64,000 bases of DNA from the human T2T-CHM13v2.0 reference genome, Homo sapiens. The stretch is taken from the NCBI RefSeq assembly GCF_009914755.1, contig NC_060934.1. The stretch is one strand, 5' to 3'. Under the pieces are notes generated by a model that did not search any database, was not told the DNA's origin, and saw nothing but the letters and a program-made list of their open reading frames with translations. The position numbers were made by a program, and so were the translations under genes. Below are positions 42,250 to 58,389 of the stretch, piece by piece (within the stretch, counting starts at the first letter, position 1; each line of letters begins with the position of its first letter).

Positions 42250-42450
42250 GAGATGAAGAAAGGAGAGAGCCAGAAAGACCCAAAGCCAAGGAGAGAAAGA
42301 GGCAGGGGAAGGTGGCAATATGGGAAAAAATGAGAAAGGGAAAGGGAAAGATGGCAGGAGGGAGAGAAAAGAGAGGGAGAGTTAAAGAGAAGAAAACAAA
42401 AGAAAGAGAGATGACAAAGAGGCAGAGCCAGCACACAAGAAAGTAGAGAG
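42250..42450. repeat. Purine-rich (GA) low-complexity tract
   Basis: About 200 bp of mostly A/G on the plus strand. Confidence 0.75.
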
Positions 42451-44212
42451 GCCTGGGACCTTGTTTCGGAGCATCAGTTGCTGTGACAGCCATTTCTGTG
42501 CAACTCCCCGGGGCCAGTGCTCACCAGGATGGGACACCAGGAAGCTGGCTCTTATGTGCCCTTTCTCTTAAACTATCTGAGGCTGGCTCCAGTTCCAGGA
42601 GGAGCTAGATGCCGTCTATGATTCATAAAGACTCATGACTCATAGACTAGGGACTCAATCAAGCTCCTAAGTGGCCCCAAGGAGAGGCTGTCTGTGTGAG
42701 GTTGAGACCTGGAGGGTGAGAGAGCAATGATATTTGGACACATCAGCACAGAGGGTTCGTGGGGCCAGAGTGTAGAATGCTGCTGTGGTTGGAAGGCTGG
42801 TTAATGGTAAGCCTTAGGGAAGGATTCAAAGCCCAAGTAATCTAACAGTGGCATCTAAGGGCCCCCAGTTTTCTGGGAGAGGTAAGGTAGGGCTACAGGG
42901 GTCCTGGGAATTACAGCTCAGACATGGATAAGAAATTCAGCAGGCGACCAGAGGATAGGGGACAATGTAGAGTCTCTGGAGAGAAGGCCCTACTCAATTC
43001 TGCTCACTCTTAACTCAAATAGGGCCACTTCCCTTCAGTCCCTAACCCCTACCGCGCCGTATCTTTCTTCGGAGCAACTTCTTCGCTTTTCCTTCCAACC
43101 ACTCTGTGAAACAGCTCTAGATAGAACCCAGGGCTGTCTGACGCCAGAGCTCATAATCTCTTTGTTTGACAGGAAAGCATCCCTGTGGCAGTGAAATCTG
43201 GGCATAAGGAGGTGAACAATGTGGGGAGTGTAGCATATGGGTTGCTCCTGTGATGGTTCCTTGTGCCAGATGGATGGAACATGCAGAGAGAGCACGCACT
43301 CAGCATGGAGATTACGAGGGTGAGAGGTGGGAAACACAGTGGAAACCAGAAGCCAAGGTTCCAGGACACACCTGCAAGAGCCCTAGCCACCAGGAAATTG
43401 GAGGAGCATACACTCAGCCTTCCTCAAGGTTGGCAGCACAACTGTTATTGAATCAAATTCATCACCTCTTTAATTTAGGATTCCTCCTCCTGACTCCACT
43501 ATACTCCAACACCCAACTCAGCTGCTTTCCAGGAGCGACTCCCAGAAGTCTGTGTTTCTCTTGATGACTCTAGGCACCAGGGGATTCCTTCTGTAGATCA
43601 GTCAGAACTGAACTGGCCTTTTCATAGCAACAGGCATCTGTTTCTATGGAAACATTTGGCAGGGCAGGGAGTACTTAGTAGGGCCAGGAAGTGCTGTAGG
43701 CTTGGAAAGAACCATGTAGATATTCCTTGGTTTGCTCCCTGATTCACAACATAAATTAAACGCCTCATCACACACTGATGGTTCTAACCGGGAGTCATTA
43801 TGAACAGCTCCAGTTCCAATCACTGGAGTCTGGGGTCCAATCACTACCGACAGCAATAAAAGTTATCGTCCCCAAGAAGATTCTATGTCAGCCAGCAATA
43901 CCTTAGCTTTTAGGTTAAGTGACACCGAAGTGTGCATAGAGAACTCAGGAACCTGTCTCGGTGAGGTTGTCTTGCAGGCAGAAGTGTGGGAGTGGTTTGG
44001 AGAAAGAAGCCCGTGCTTTGGTTTTAAACAGGCCTGCTTCCCACTCTCACATCAACCATTTGGCACCTGACTGTCCTCAAAGATGTTGCTTACCATCTTA
44101 GGACCTCAGGTTCCTTATTTCCAAAGTGTTTCTTTGGAAATAGCAACCTAATATCCTGCATAACACCTCAGATTGCCAATTATTTGGAATTTCTTTTGTT
44201 ACCTTGCTTTGA

Positions 44213-44569
<357 letters not shown>

Positions 44570-45569
44570 GTACAATTAAAAAAAAAAAATTGAAGTGGCA
44601 GAGTCTCAAGTCTCAACTTCAATTACCTTTCTTATTAAAGGTCCATGAAAAATCTTCTTTGGGGGACTTAGAATCTCCCAAGAAAATGCTATTCTGTAAT
44701 AAAACTTATATTTTTGGTCAGAGTTTGTTCCTCAAAGCAATTATATCTTGTCAGCCTTAAAGAAATTCTGAGGCTACCTAGTAACAGTACAGCAGTGGCA
44801 ATGTTATGTGTGAAAATGGTAGAAGATGACCATTCGAGCTTAGGTATGAATGCCATTTATTGCAGGAGTCTCAGGGTATTGTTCATATAATTGTGGGAAG
44901 GTCAGGTATGCAACTGATTCACAGGCCAACTGGAACCAGAGATTTGCATGTTGCCAGGGTCCAGTCTCTGTCCCTTAACTTATTTCTTTATCATCATCTA
45001 CCACAAACTGGCTTCCTTCAGGTTGTGAGAAATGCAGTTGCTTATAATTACCGAATCTCCTGCCATTCCCTTGGGTGACTTGCATCTGTTAGTTTCAGTT
45101 GGAAAATTTGAAGGAAGAGCTACTACTGGTAAGTGGCTCACCCACCAGTGACTTCATCATGACCAACGAGTCAGGGTGACCTGGTGCAAACACATACAAG
45201 GGACCCTACCTCTGTATTTAGACCATTTCCAGAGATGGGAGAATTTTTACTTAAGGAGTTATACCAATTGGTGTCAATTCTAGACCTTTGCTGGCCATGA
45301 TCATCCTACATCCACTCCTGTACTGAATGCAAACAGAATCCCAGTATAAAATAGAAGCCTAGGTTTTTAGAGAGAGAATCCAGGAAAATCTTGAGAGGTG
45401 TGTCCTGGGTTTACATATTCCAGGAGAACTAGGTTCTTTTCTTCTAACTTTTAGTTACTTCCACATCATCAAATTATGCTTCTTTCTGATCAGAAAATAG
45501 CTCCATGGAACTGGTCGGAACTAGTTACACATAACCCCAGTACATCCTGTCCATTCACATGTCACCTCT

Positions 45570-45926
45570 TGATATGGTATGGCTGTGTCCCCACCCAAGT
45601 CTCATCTTGAATTCCCATGTGTTGTGGGAGGAACCTGTTGGGAAGCAATTGAATCATAGGGGTAAGCCTTTCCCTTGCTGTTCTTGTGATAGTGAATAAG
45701 TCTCATAAGATCTGATGGTTTTAAAAAGAGGAGTTCCCCTGCACAAGTTCTCTCTCCTTGCCTGCTGCCATCCACATAAGATGTGACTTGCTCCTCCTTG
45801 CCTTCCGCCATGATTGTGAGGCCTCCCCAGCCGTGTGGAACTGTAAGTCAATGGAATACTTTTTCCTGTATAAATTATTCAGTCTCAGTTATGTCTTTAT
45901 CAGCAGCATAAAAACGGACTAATACA
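45570..45926 (+). mobile_element. THE1 (THE1A/B-like) solo LTR
   Basis: tgatatggtatggctgtgtccccaccc..cggactaataca; TSD cctct/tctct. Confidence 0.93.
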
Positions 45927-46099
45927 TCTCTTTTCCAATGTATTAGTTAAGGTTACTTTGTTTCATAATAGAATCAAAGCAAGCTTAATTACCTGTCCCC
46001 TCATACTGCCCTCCATCTGCCCACAAAACAACTATTGTACAATTAGGATTTGAGAAAAAGAATAGCCAGAGATTATGGAAATTTCCTCAAGAACAGGAT

Positions 46100-46335
46100 C
46101 ATCCTACCCTTTTTGATATGACCCATGGTAAGAACTACACTTTATATTTCACCTAGAATGCACATATACACAATTGAAATAAAACTTTTGCAAAACAATA
46201 TTTACCCTTACTATCTGCAGTGCACTGCAATCTATTCTGATAGTATTTATTTTATTTTTTAAAGTGCTAGTAATCAGTTATAATTTTTATGATTTACTAA
46301 TGAGTTGTATACCACAATTTTAAAATAACTCTTAG
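46100..46335. mobile_element. Probable hAT-Charlie-type DNA transposon relic
   Basis: gacccatggtaagaa..atttactaatgagttgtataccacaatttaaaataact resembles Charlie-family ends; subfamily unknown. Confidence 0.4.
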
Positions 46336-46830
46336 TCTAGAGCACTTCCTTTGGTATCATTCAGTGCCAGCTCCAAGTTCTTAATCTCAATTTAAATCAC
46401 AAAATTGTCAAGAAAGAGAGCATGTTGAGTTCTGCTTGGGTCCAGGGACTGCCCTGTCCTAATCAAAAAGAGTGGGATTCTACACATGACTGTTGATGCC
46501 CATGTCTGTATAACACAGGGCAAATTCAGACCCTAGAAGCAGGAGAGACACTTCAGATGGTGTCTGCTACACATGGATATTGGGAATTGAGACAATGGGT
46601 CTAAGTCAGTCAGACGGTAATGGAGGCCATAGCTCCAGGGTCAGGTACAGCCAGGGCCAGAGTTGAAGCCATGACAATCCCGTTAGACCCACATGCAAGG
46701 GGACTTCATGGGGAAGCAGAGGTGGTTAAAGAAGAAGAGAATGGAGGACAGCCTCTTGACTTCCTAGGCTTCACTGGAGTCTGGACTCTGCTTACCAGAG
46801 TTGATCTCTGACATTTCCCTGTTGGAGTGA

Positions 46831-47204
<374 letters not shown>

Positions 47205-47715
47205 AGATCTTCTCTCTTAAGGCTTGAATATATGTTTTGTGGAATTCTGAATTACGCTAAGACAGAAGGGAGAGATGAAAACATTTCAGCTGAAAAAGTC
47301 AGGTGGGAAATTTCTCCAATTTTAACCCATATTTTTCTCCTTAAGCGGGGTGGGGACTCTGAGACTGTGAGAGAGACAGCATGGTGTGCACAGCTTTGTC
47401 ATTGCCAGGCTCAGTGATGCTCAGGATCACTCCTCCCACAGCTACATCCGTGCCCAGGAGTGGTGGCCAAGTATGGCCAAGTCATGTTGTTATAGCATCA
47501 GGCAATAAAACATCAGACAATAAAACACAATGTACCAAATATCTTTAGTGGTGGTGAAGGCTGGGATGGAAGACAGTGTTAGTGTGGTTTAGGACTGAAG
47601 CCAGAGTGAAGTGTCTGTACAGTGAAATATTATTCAGCAATAAATAAAACTTGATTCATTCAAAAAAATGAGCTATCAAGCCAGGCAAAAATATGGTTGA
47701 ATCTGCAATGCATGA

Positions 47716-50138
<2,423 letters not shown>

Positions 50139-51635
50139 TACTGAAAAGTAAGAGGCTAATCTAAAAAGACTACAAACAGTATGATTCAACTTATGTGATA
50201 TCGTGAAAAAGGCAACACTATAGTTTTGATTTAGTTGAGATATGGTCAACCTGGATGGCTCTCAATTTGGAGAATTTCAGAATACAAAGTAATTCTTAGA
50301 ATATTAGAGACACACTCAAGTTTAACAGAGAAAAGGATGAGAAATAGCATAAACATTGTGTAAGCGGGTTTATATTTATCTCAATCCCAACACAAACCCT
50401 ATGAGTTAGAGATTACCAAAATCTCCACAGACAGAGGCTCAGAGAGTTTCTGAGGTCCAAGGTGGGTTTTTGAGGGGGGAGAATGACTCGGTCTATCAGT
50501 GAGAAGAAAGCATGTGGAGCATCTTCCACAGAACTCTTCTATGCCAATTATAGGAAAGCTGAAGTCCTGAGCAGAAGAACAAGAAGTGCAGTGGTTTTCT
50601 ATCCTCCTTCTTTCTGTCCTCTGAGAACATCTCACCGTCATGGGAAGGCAAATGCATGAGTTTTGATTTTGCCTTGAGTACCTTAATTTCCTTTAAATGA
50701 TTGTGATATGTTTTGAGATTCATTTGTTGTCTTATTCTAAAATGTTTAACCAAATGGGAAATTATTCTCTCTGTGTGTCTCTTAAATTGTTAATTCTTTA
50801 TTTTCATATTGTTTTAGTTTAATTTATTCCTTCTATCATTAAGTACTGTGTCCATGAATATGTAACTGGCATTGTTGTTTGTCTCTTTCTAACCACTTTG
50901 TACTAATTTTTTAAATCCTAGGTTATCATGTAATTACTGTTGCCATCATTTTTCTGTGAAATCCACATATTCTAGTTTATGGATATAAGAAGATAACAAT
51001 TATCAAGCAGCTTTTGTTTCCAATTTTAGTCTCCATCTGATAAATAATTGCGATTTTTTCCACCCCCTCTCTTAAATATACCCAATTATAATACTAAACA
51101 TCTAGGAACTGGCTCATGTGTGCTTGCAAACTCAGCCTTCCTGACTCTAGGTGATATTTACATCTTCCCTCTTTCTGTCTTTGGCCCATGACTCCCTTCA
51201 CCCCAAGGAGATGTATTTGGTGTTCCTACGCAGGAATGCCTCCACTGAATTTTTGGATTTATTCTCAGTCATCACCCACCTTAACCAGGACAAACCTACT
51301 CAACCTTTGTGTGCAATAAGCTAGAAGTGCAGTACCTCTTTTCCCAGCATCTTAAAGAGATTTCAGTGATGTAATTTTTATGATTATTACTCATTTAAAA
51401 TTCAGTCTGTTTTCACTAGGTCTTGGGTGTGAGTCTAGGAGAGGTGGGGTCAGTAGGGACATGAGGAGCAGCCACTTTGTGGAACTCAGTACTTTACCTC
51501 CAGTGAAACATCACCCAGGGGCTTGTGATCATTTCTGCTTCAAGCTCTCTCTACCCTGGGGTAAACACTTCTAGGGGGCTCCTAGGCAAAGGTTCCCTGG
51601 TGGGGGACACCCTTCCATTCTTCTAGGCTATGCCC

Positions 51636-51656
51636 CACACACACACACACACACAT
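51636..51656. repeat. (CA)n microsatellite
   Basis: cacacacacacacacacaca seen directly. Confidence 0.9.
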
Positions 51657-52016
51657 AAAATCATTATCTTTTCATTGACTTAAGTCTAATTAAAAAAAAT
51701 TGGCTTTTATTCTCAGCCCATTACAAACCCAACTAAAAGCATGCTAAAAAGATATCAGTGGTAAGGGCAGTCCATATTTGAGCAGGGAGGTCATACATCT
51801 GTTTCCTGAAGTTGATCTGGAGAAGCCCTCTCAAATCATCAGAATGGATCTTCATTTTTCTGATAACATGGAACACTGACCAGAAGAGAATCACAGCTAT
51901 GTTGAATTTACATATATTAATAAGATGTCTGAATTGAAAAATCAGTGCCATTGCTTCAGGTTCTGTATTGTCCTATAGTTCAAGGAGAATAGCCTGATAA
52001 AAATATGTTATCTCTA

Positions 52017-54480
52017 ACAATAAAAGAAAAGTTCAGATCAATATCCTTGATGAATCTCGATGCAAAAATCCTCAACAAAATACTTGCAAACCAAATCCAG
52101 CAGCACATCAGAAAGATAACCCATCATGACCAAGTAGGCTTCATTCCTGTGTTGCAAGTTTGGTTCAACATATGCAAATCAAGAAATGAAACTCAACACA
52201 TGACAGAACTAACAACAAAAACACATGATTATCTCAATAGACACAGAAAAGACTTTCAATAAAATTCAACACCCCATTCATGTTAAAAACTCTCAGTAAA
52301 TTAGGTATTGAAGGAACATACCTCAAAATAAGAACCATCTATGAAAAACTCACAGCCAACATCATACTAAATGGGCAAAACTGGAAGCACTCCCCTTGAT
52401 AACTGGCAAAGGCCAAGGATGCTCTCTCTCACCATTTCTATTCAACGTAGTACTGAAAGTCTTAGCCAGAGCAATCAGGCCAGAGAAAGAAATAAAAAAC
52501 ATCCAAATAGGAAGAAAGGAAGTCAAACTATCTCAGTGTGCAGATGACATGATTCTGTATCTAGAAAACCCCGTAGTCTCAGTCCAAAAGCTCTTTCTGC
52601 TGATAAACAAATTCAGCAAAGTTTCAGGATACAAAATCAAAGTACAAAAATCACTAGCATTTCTATACACCAACAACATCCAAGCTGAGAGCCAAATCAG
52701 AAAGGCAATCCCATTCACAATTGCCACAAAATGAATAAAATACCTGGGAATATAGCTAACAATGGTGGTGAAAGATCTCTGCAATAAGAATTACAAAACA
52801 CTGCTCAAAGAAACCAGAGAAGACACAAACAAATGGAAAAACATCCCATGCTCATGAGTATGAATAATCAATATCATTAAAGTGGTCATACTTCCCAAAG
52901 CAATGTACAGATTCAGTGCTATTCCTATCAAACTACCAATGACATTCTTCACAGAACTAGAAAAAACAATTTTAAAATTCATATGGAATCAAAAAAGAGC
53001 CTGAATAGCCAATGCAATTCCAAGCAAAAATAACAAAGCTGGGGCATCATGTTACTTGACTTCAAACTATACTACAAAGCTGCAGTAACTGAAACAGCAT
53101 GGTACTGGTATAAAAACAGGCATTTAGACTAATGAAACAGAATAGAGACCAGAAATAAGGCTGCACACCTATGGTCATCTGTTCTTCAATAAATCTGACA
53201 AAAACAAGCAATGGGGCATTCCCTATTAAATAAATGGTGCTGGGATAACTGGTTAGCCATATGCAGAAGACTGAAGCTGGAACACTTCCTTACACTATAT
53301 GCAAAAATCAACTCAAGATAGATTAAAGACTTAAATATAAAACCTCAAACTATAAAAACCCTGGAAGACAAGCTAAGTAATGTCATCCCAGACATAGGAA
53401 CGGGCTAAGATTTTATAATAAAGATGCCAAAAGCAAGCACAACAAGAGGAAAAATTGACAAGTGGAATCTTATTAAACTAAAGAGCACCTACACAGCAAA
53501 AGAAACTATCAACAAAGTAAACAGACAACCTGCAGAATTGGAGAAAATATTTGCAAACTATGCATCTGACAAAGGTGTAATAAAACTTAAACAATTTTAC
53601 AAGAGTAAAACAAACAACCCCATTAAAAAGTGGGCAAAGGACATTAATAGACACTTCTCAAAAGAGGACATACATGTGGCCAACAAACATGAAAAAAAGC
53701 TCATCACTGATCATTAGAGACATGCAAATTAAAATCGAAATGAGATGCCATCTGACACCACTGAGATGGTCAGAATGGCTATGATTAAAAAGTCAAAAAA
53801 TAACAGATGCTGGCAAGGTTGTGGAGAAAAGAGAACACTTATACACTGTTGTTGGGAGTGTAAATTCTTTTAACTATTGTGGAAAGCAGTATGGAGTTTC
53901 CTCAAAGAGTTAAAAGCAGAACTACCATCGGACCCAGCAATCTCACTACTGGTATATACCCCAAAGAATAGAAATCATTTCATCATAAAGAAACATACAC
54001 ACGAATATTCATGGCAGCACTATTCATAATAGCAAAGAAATAGAATCAACCTAATGTCCATCAATGACAGATATAATAAAGAAAATGTGGTACATTTACA
54101 CCATGGAATACTATGTAGCCATAAAAATGAACTAGTTTATGTCTTCTGTGGGAACGTGGATAGAGCTGGAGGCTATTATCCTCAGCAAACTAACACAGGA
54201 ACAGAAAACCAAATACTGCATGTTCTCACCTGTAAGTGGGAGCTAAATGATGAGAACATATGAACATGAAGAAGGAAACAACAGACACTGTGGTCTACTT
54301 GAGGGCAGAGGGTGGGAGGAGGGAGAGGAGCAGAAAAGACAACTATTGGGAACTGGGATTAATTCCTGGGTGATGAAATAATCTGTATGATGAACCCCCA
54401 TGACACGTTTACCTATGTAACAAACCTTCACATGTACTCTCGTACCTAAAATAAAAGTTAAAACAACAACAACAAAAAAA
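52017..54480 (+). mobile_element. 5'-truncated L1PA (about PA12-14) with RT remnant
   Basis: [45 protein letters not shown]; 3' UTR and A-rich tail; 17-bp TSD aaaatatgttatctcta (52000-52016) / aaaatatgtgatcgcta (54485-54501). Confidence 0.93.
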
Positions 54481-54974
54481 CCCCAAAATATGTGATCGCT
54501 ACCTTACCTGGTCACTCTTCATTGGCAAAGACAGCTGCATAACAGGATAAGCGGTTCCATTTAGGAAAGAACTTCCAACATAATGCTCACAGTTTAACTT
54601 TCTAAAGCAACCAAATAGTCTTGACATTTCTGATAATTATCACTGGAAAGCGATGTATGGGCTTCTGAAATATTTGTACCTTCATAATTCACATTTCCGT
54701 TGCCAGGATTGTTTTGGCATAAAGATGGTCCCAAATAAGAACCTTTTCTTGGTGCTATAGTTAATAAGAGTTTGGCAAAGAAAGCCAAACTCTTAAAAAG
54801 AGAAAGCTTGTGGCTTTCTTTTTAAAATGAAACTCTTTTTTCTGTTTATCAAAGTTATATGTGCTCATCACAAAAACTAAGAAAATATAGACAGAATCAC
54901 CTAAATCATACCATAAAGAAATGGTATAATCATTATTGTGAATATTTTTTATTTTAAAGTGTTTAGATTCTGTC

Positions 54975-55165
54975 ATTGGACATTTGGGTGGTCTTAGCTA
55001 AGTTACTTAACCTCTCTGAGATTTAGTCTCCTTATTTTAAAGATGGGGGTAATAACAACCTAACTGAAATTAATAGGGTTGTTGTGAGCACTTAATGCAT
55101 CAATGTATGTAAAACTTAACAATAACCAGCACATAGTAAATGCTCAGTACATGCTAGTTGTTAAT
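54975..55165 (+). mobile_element. MIR SINE
   Basis: aagttacttaacctctctgag..aagatgggggtaataac..gggttgttgtgag..gcacatagtaaatgctcagta. Confidence 0.88.
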
Positions 55166-55684
55166 ATTATTTTCATAATTGTTATCATTATAATGATCCT
55201 TATTATTTCCACATAATTTTATCCTTTTTTCTATATATGCTTTTTCACATAGTTGGGTTCAGGCTGTCTATATAATTTTGTATATAGCTTAATCACAAAC
55301 ATTAGAAAATAAACATTAACGAAAGTTATTGCAACCTCTTTGTACACATAATTGAAAATAGTGAAATAATATTATACTTAGACACGGAACCTTAATTTAC
55401 TTAACTGTTGTTAGATATTTATGTTGTTCATAATTTTTCAGTATTACAAATAATGAGACAAGAAACATCTGTGCATAAACTTACGTGCGGGTACTTAAGC
55501 TTATTTCTTCAGAGTGAAATTACTAGTTCAAAAGTAACACTTGGGATACATCATGTAAAATTATTTTCTAAAAGAGTTTTGACAACTCATATTCCCCAGA
55601 GCATTGTACAATTGGGCATATTTCAGTGGGATCTTGACAACATTTGAAATTATTGTTGAGATTAGTTCTTTTACAGGTAAGGGT

Positions 55685-56460
55685 TCATCAATGCATGCAA
55701 CACAGATATTATTGAGCCTACTGCATGTTAGAAACTGTTGGGCACTGAGATAGAGGGGGAAAGGACAGAGAGTCTTTGTTCTTATGGAACTTATACTTGG
55801 GGCAGATATAAACAGGAAATAAGCACAATTTAAACAATCACTTAATTGTGAGTATGATGCATGTTATAATGGAGAAATATGTGCTACTCTGAGCGATTAA
55901 GGAGGCATACTGATTTAGTCTTGACCTCTCAAGACTAAGGCTTCTTTAAGACAGAGACACTTCATCTGCTGCAAAAGGGGTAAGTTGGAGTATCTTAGTA
56001 AAGAGCAGGTGCAGGGAATGGCATTCCAGGCAGAGGGAACAAGACATGCAAATATTGGTGAGAGGACCATGGCTTGCCAGAGGAGCCAAGGAAGAGCCAG
56101 AGAGGTGGGGCACTGAGAAGCAGGGAGTGTGCCAAGGAAAAGACAGGCTGAAGAGGTAAGGAGGACAGGGACTAATCCTAAGATTAGCTAGCGAAGCTGA
56201 AAGGATTTTAGTATGAGAGTAATATTATTAGCATTTTAAAGAGGCTAAATTGGTTAGAATTTGCAGAGAATGGTTTGTAGGGAGGTGTGAGAGAAAGCTC
56301 CTGAACTGTATCTGTGGAGGGACAATGGTAGTTTAAGCTACAGTTGCAGATAGAGAAAGAAGTTCTCTATATATTTAACATTTAATATCTATCTATCTAT
56401 CTATTTAACTTCTCTATCTGCAACCACTGTAGCTCAAACTACCATTTTCCCCCCACAGGG

Positions 56461-56532
<72 letters not shown>

Positions 56533-58385
56533 GTTATGATTAGGAGGTAGGAGAGGGAGGGCAGTTGAATGTCCTTGGAAGGTGAAAGAAAAGAAAAGCA
56601 TATGTTAAATACAGTTTTCAAATTTCTGGTATCAGCAATGGAGTAGATTATTATGAATGGAAATGGGGGGAGAAGCATAGTTGAAAGAGAATGGACTTCA
56701 GATTTGAAGGTGCTGAAATTGATCTGAGAAAAACAAGGGGGAAAGTTAAGCAGTGAGTTGAGAAAATGTGTCTAAAACCCAGATAAGGGGTCGGGGATGG
56801 AATAAGTGGCCATTACGATGTATATATATTAGTATATTGATGGTATATATATTAGTATATTGATGATATTTTGAATTGCAGAAGTTGGTGAGATGACTTA
56901 GGGACAAGTGTAGAGTGAGAAGGAAAAAGAGCCTGGAAAAAGCCCTGAATGATTCCAAAGTTTAATAATCACCTAGAGAAGGAGAAGCTAGAAAAGGATG
57001 GAGAAATTCTCAGAGGTATGGATGGAAGCTGAGGTGTGCGGTGTCAGGGAAGCCCAGGGAAAAATGTGCTCTCAGGAAGGAGTCATAGTGTGAATTGCTG
57101 AATAGAAGCAGTCAAGAAAGAAGAGGATTGAAAGGTATCTATAGGATTAAACAATAACCAGGTGATGGCTGACTTTACAAATGCATTTTTCAAGGAGTAG
57201 TAGGGGTGGAAGGCAGATAGGAATGAGTTGAAGTATGGAGAGGAGGTAAGTAAGTGGAGGCAAAATGTGTAGATAAATCTGAAGGAATGCTTTCTGCAAA
57301 GATAGAAAAGAACATTGGAATTGTGGAAACCAGTAGATATAGTTTTAAAGGTGGGAGAGGCTAGAAAAAGTTTCAATAATAATGGGAAGGATCCAGAAAA
57401 AAGGAGAGGATGGAGATACTGGATGTGGAGGAGATACTGCTAAAGCCAGGTCCAGGGAAGGCAGGAGGAGGTGCAGGCCAGCTACTGGCAGAGAAATTGG
57501 CCAGAACAAGAGGAGAGGCAGTTTCTCATTTTGATAGATGGCCACAAGGAGAGGACAGGTGCATTTGTAGATAGGTTTCTATAATTGGTGGTAGGAACTT
57601 CAGGAGGTTATCCTATGCTGGTTTAAATAACCTTATTAAAGATTGAAGCAAGGTGATTGACAGAGTGGGGCTGAGAGACAACTTGGATATTTGAGAAATA
57701 CCGAGAAGATATTGAAAAAGTTGGTTAAGAAAAGATAATTGAGTTACCAGCTGGTTGTCTTGGTGATTATGTGTTTACAGTGACATTAACTTGCCTACTG
57801 TGTGTGATTTTCATGAATTGTGCTTGGCTATGTACAGGCCTGGAGAAAGCAATAGGTCATCGATGGCTGCAGTTTTGCTAGGTGGCCTCATGGGAGGAAG
57901 AAGGAGTGTGGAAGTTTAGAGGTTTGGAAAGATAATGGTGGACTGTGAGATCTAAGCTGGGTGAGGAGGAAGATGGAGAAAGTATTGGAAGAAGTTTGGG
58001 TGTGTCAATTGAATGTGATTGAAGCAGGCAAAGTAGAGGCGCTGTAAAAGGTGTTGAATAACAAGTGGAAGGAGGTGGTCAGCTTTTCATTAGAGACCTT
58101 GTACAAGGTGTTATTATAGGAAAACGAGGGTATATTTGGGGATTTTGTGTACTGAAATGAATGGGCCGACAGTGTTCTGTAGAAGTAAGGAGCTTAAGGA
58201 AGTGAAAAACCTGACTATTCAGTAAGCAGGTCATCCTTGTGGAATCATAAGAATGATGGCTTTTTGGAGTTGAGCCAAGAAGAAGCAGGTGAGCCAACAA
58301 CTTTGGAAAACAATGGAGAGTGACCAAATGTCTATAGAGGATGAGAATAAAGAGGAGAGGTTGGTGCAGCCAGGAGAGCTGAGCT
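55685..58385 (-). mobile_element. Long L2 LINE fragment
   Basis: Antisense L2 3' end (tattattgagcctactgcatg..ctgttgggcactgaga) and a G/A-rich body (ggaatggcattccaggcagagggaac, agggaagcccagg). Confidence 0.8.
56466..56531. repeat. Compound (TA)n(GA)n microsatellite
   Basis: About 15 TA units followed by about 18 GA units. Confidence 0.97.
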
Positions 58386-58389
58386 TCAT

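Noticed and set aside
42036-42493. Lys/Glu/Arg-rich ORF and its hydrophobic antisense ORF
   Set aside because: By-products of a GA-rich low-complexity tract.
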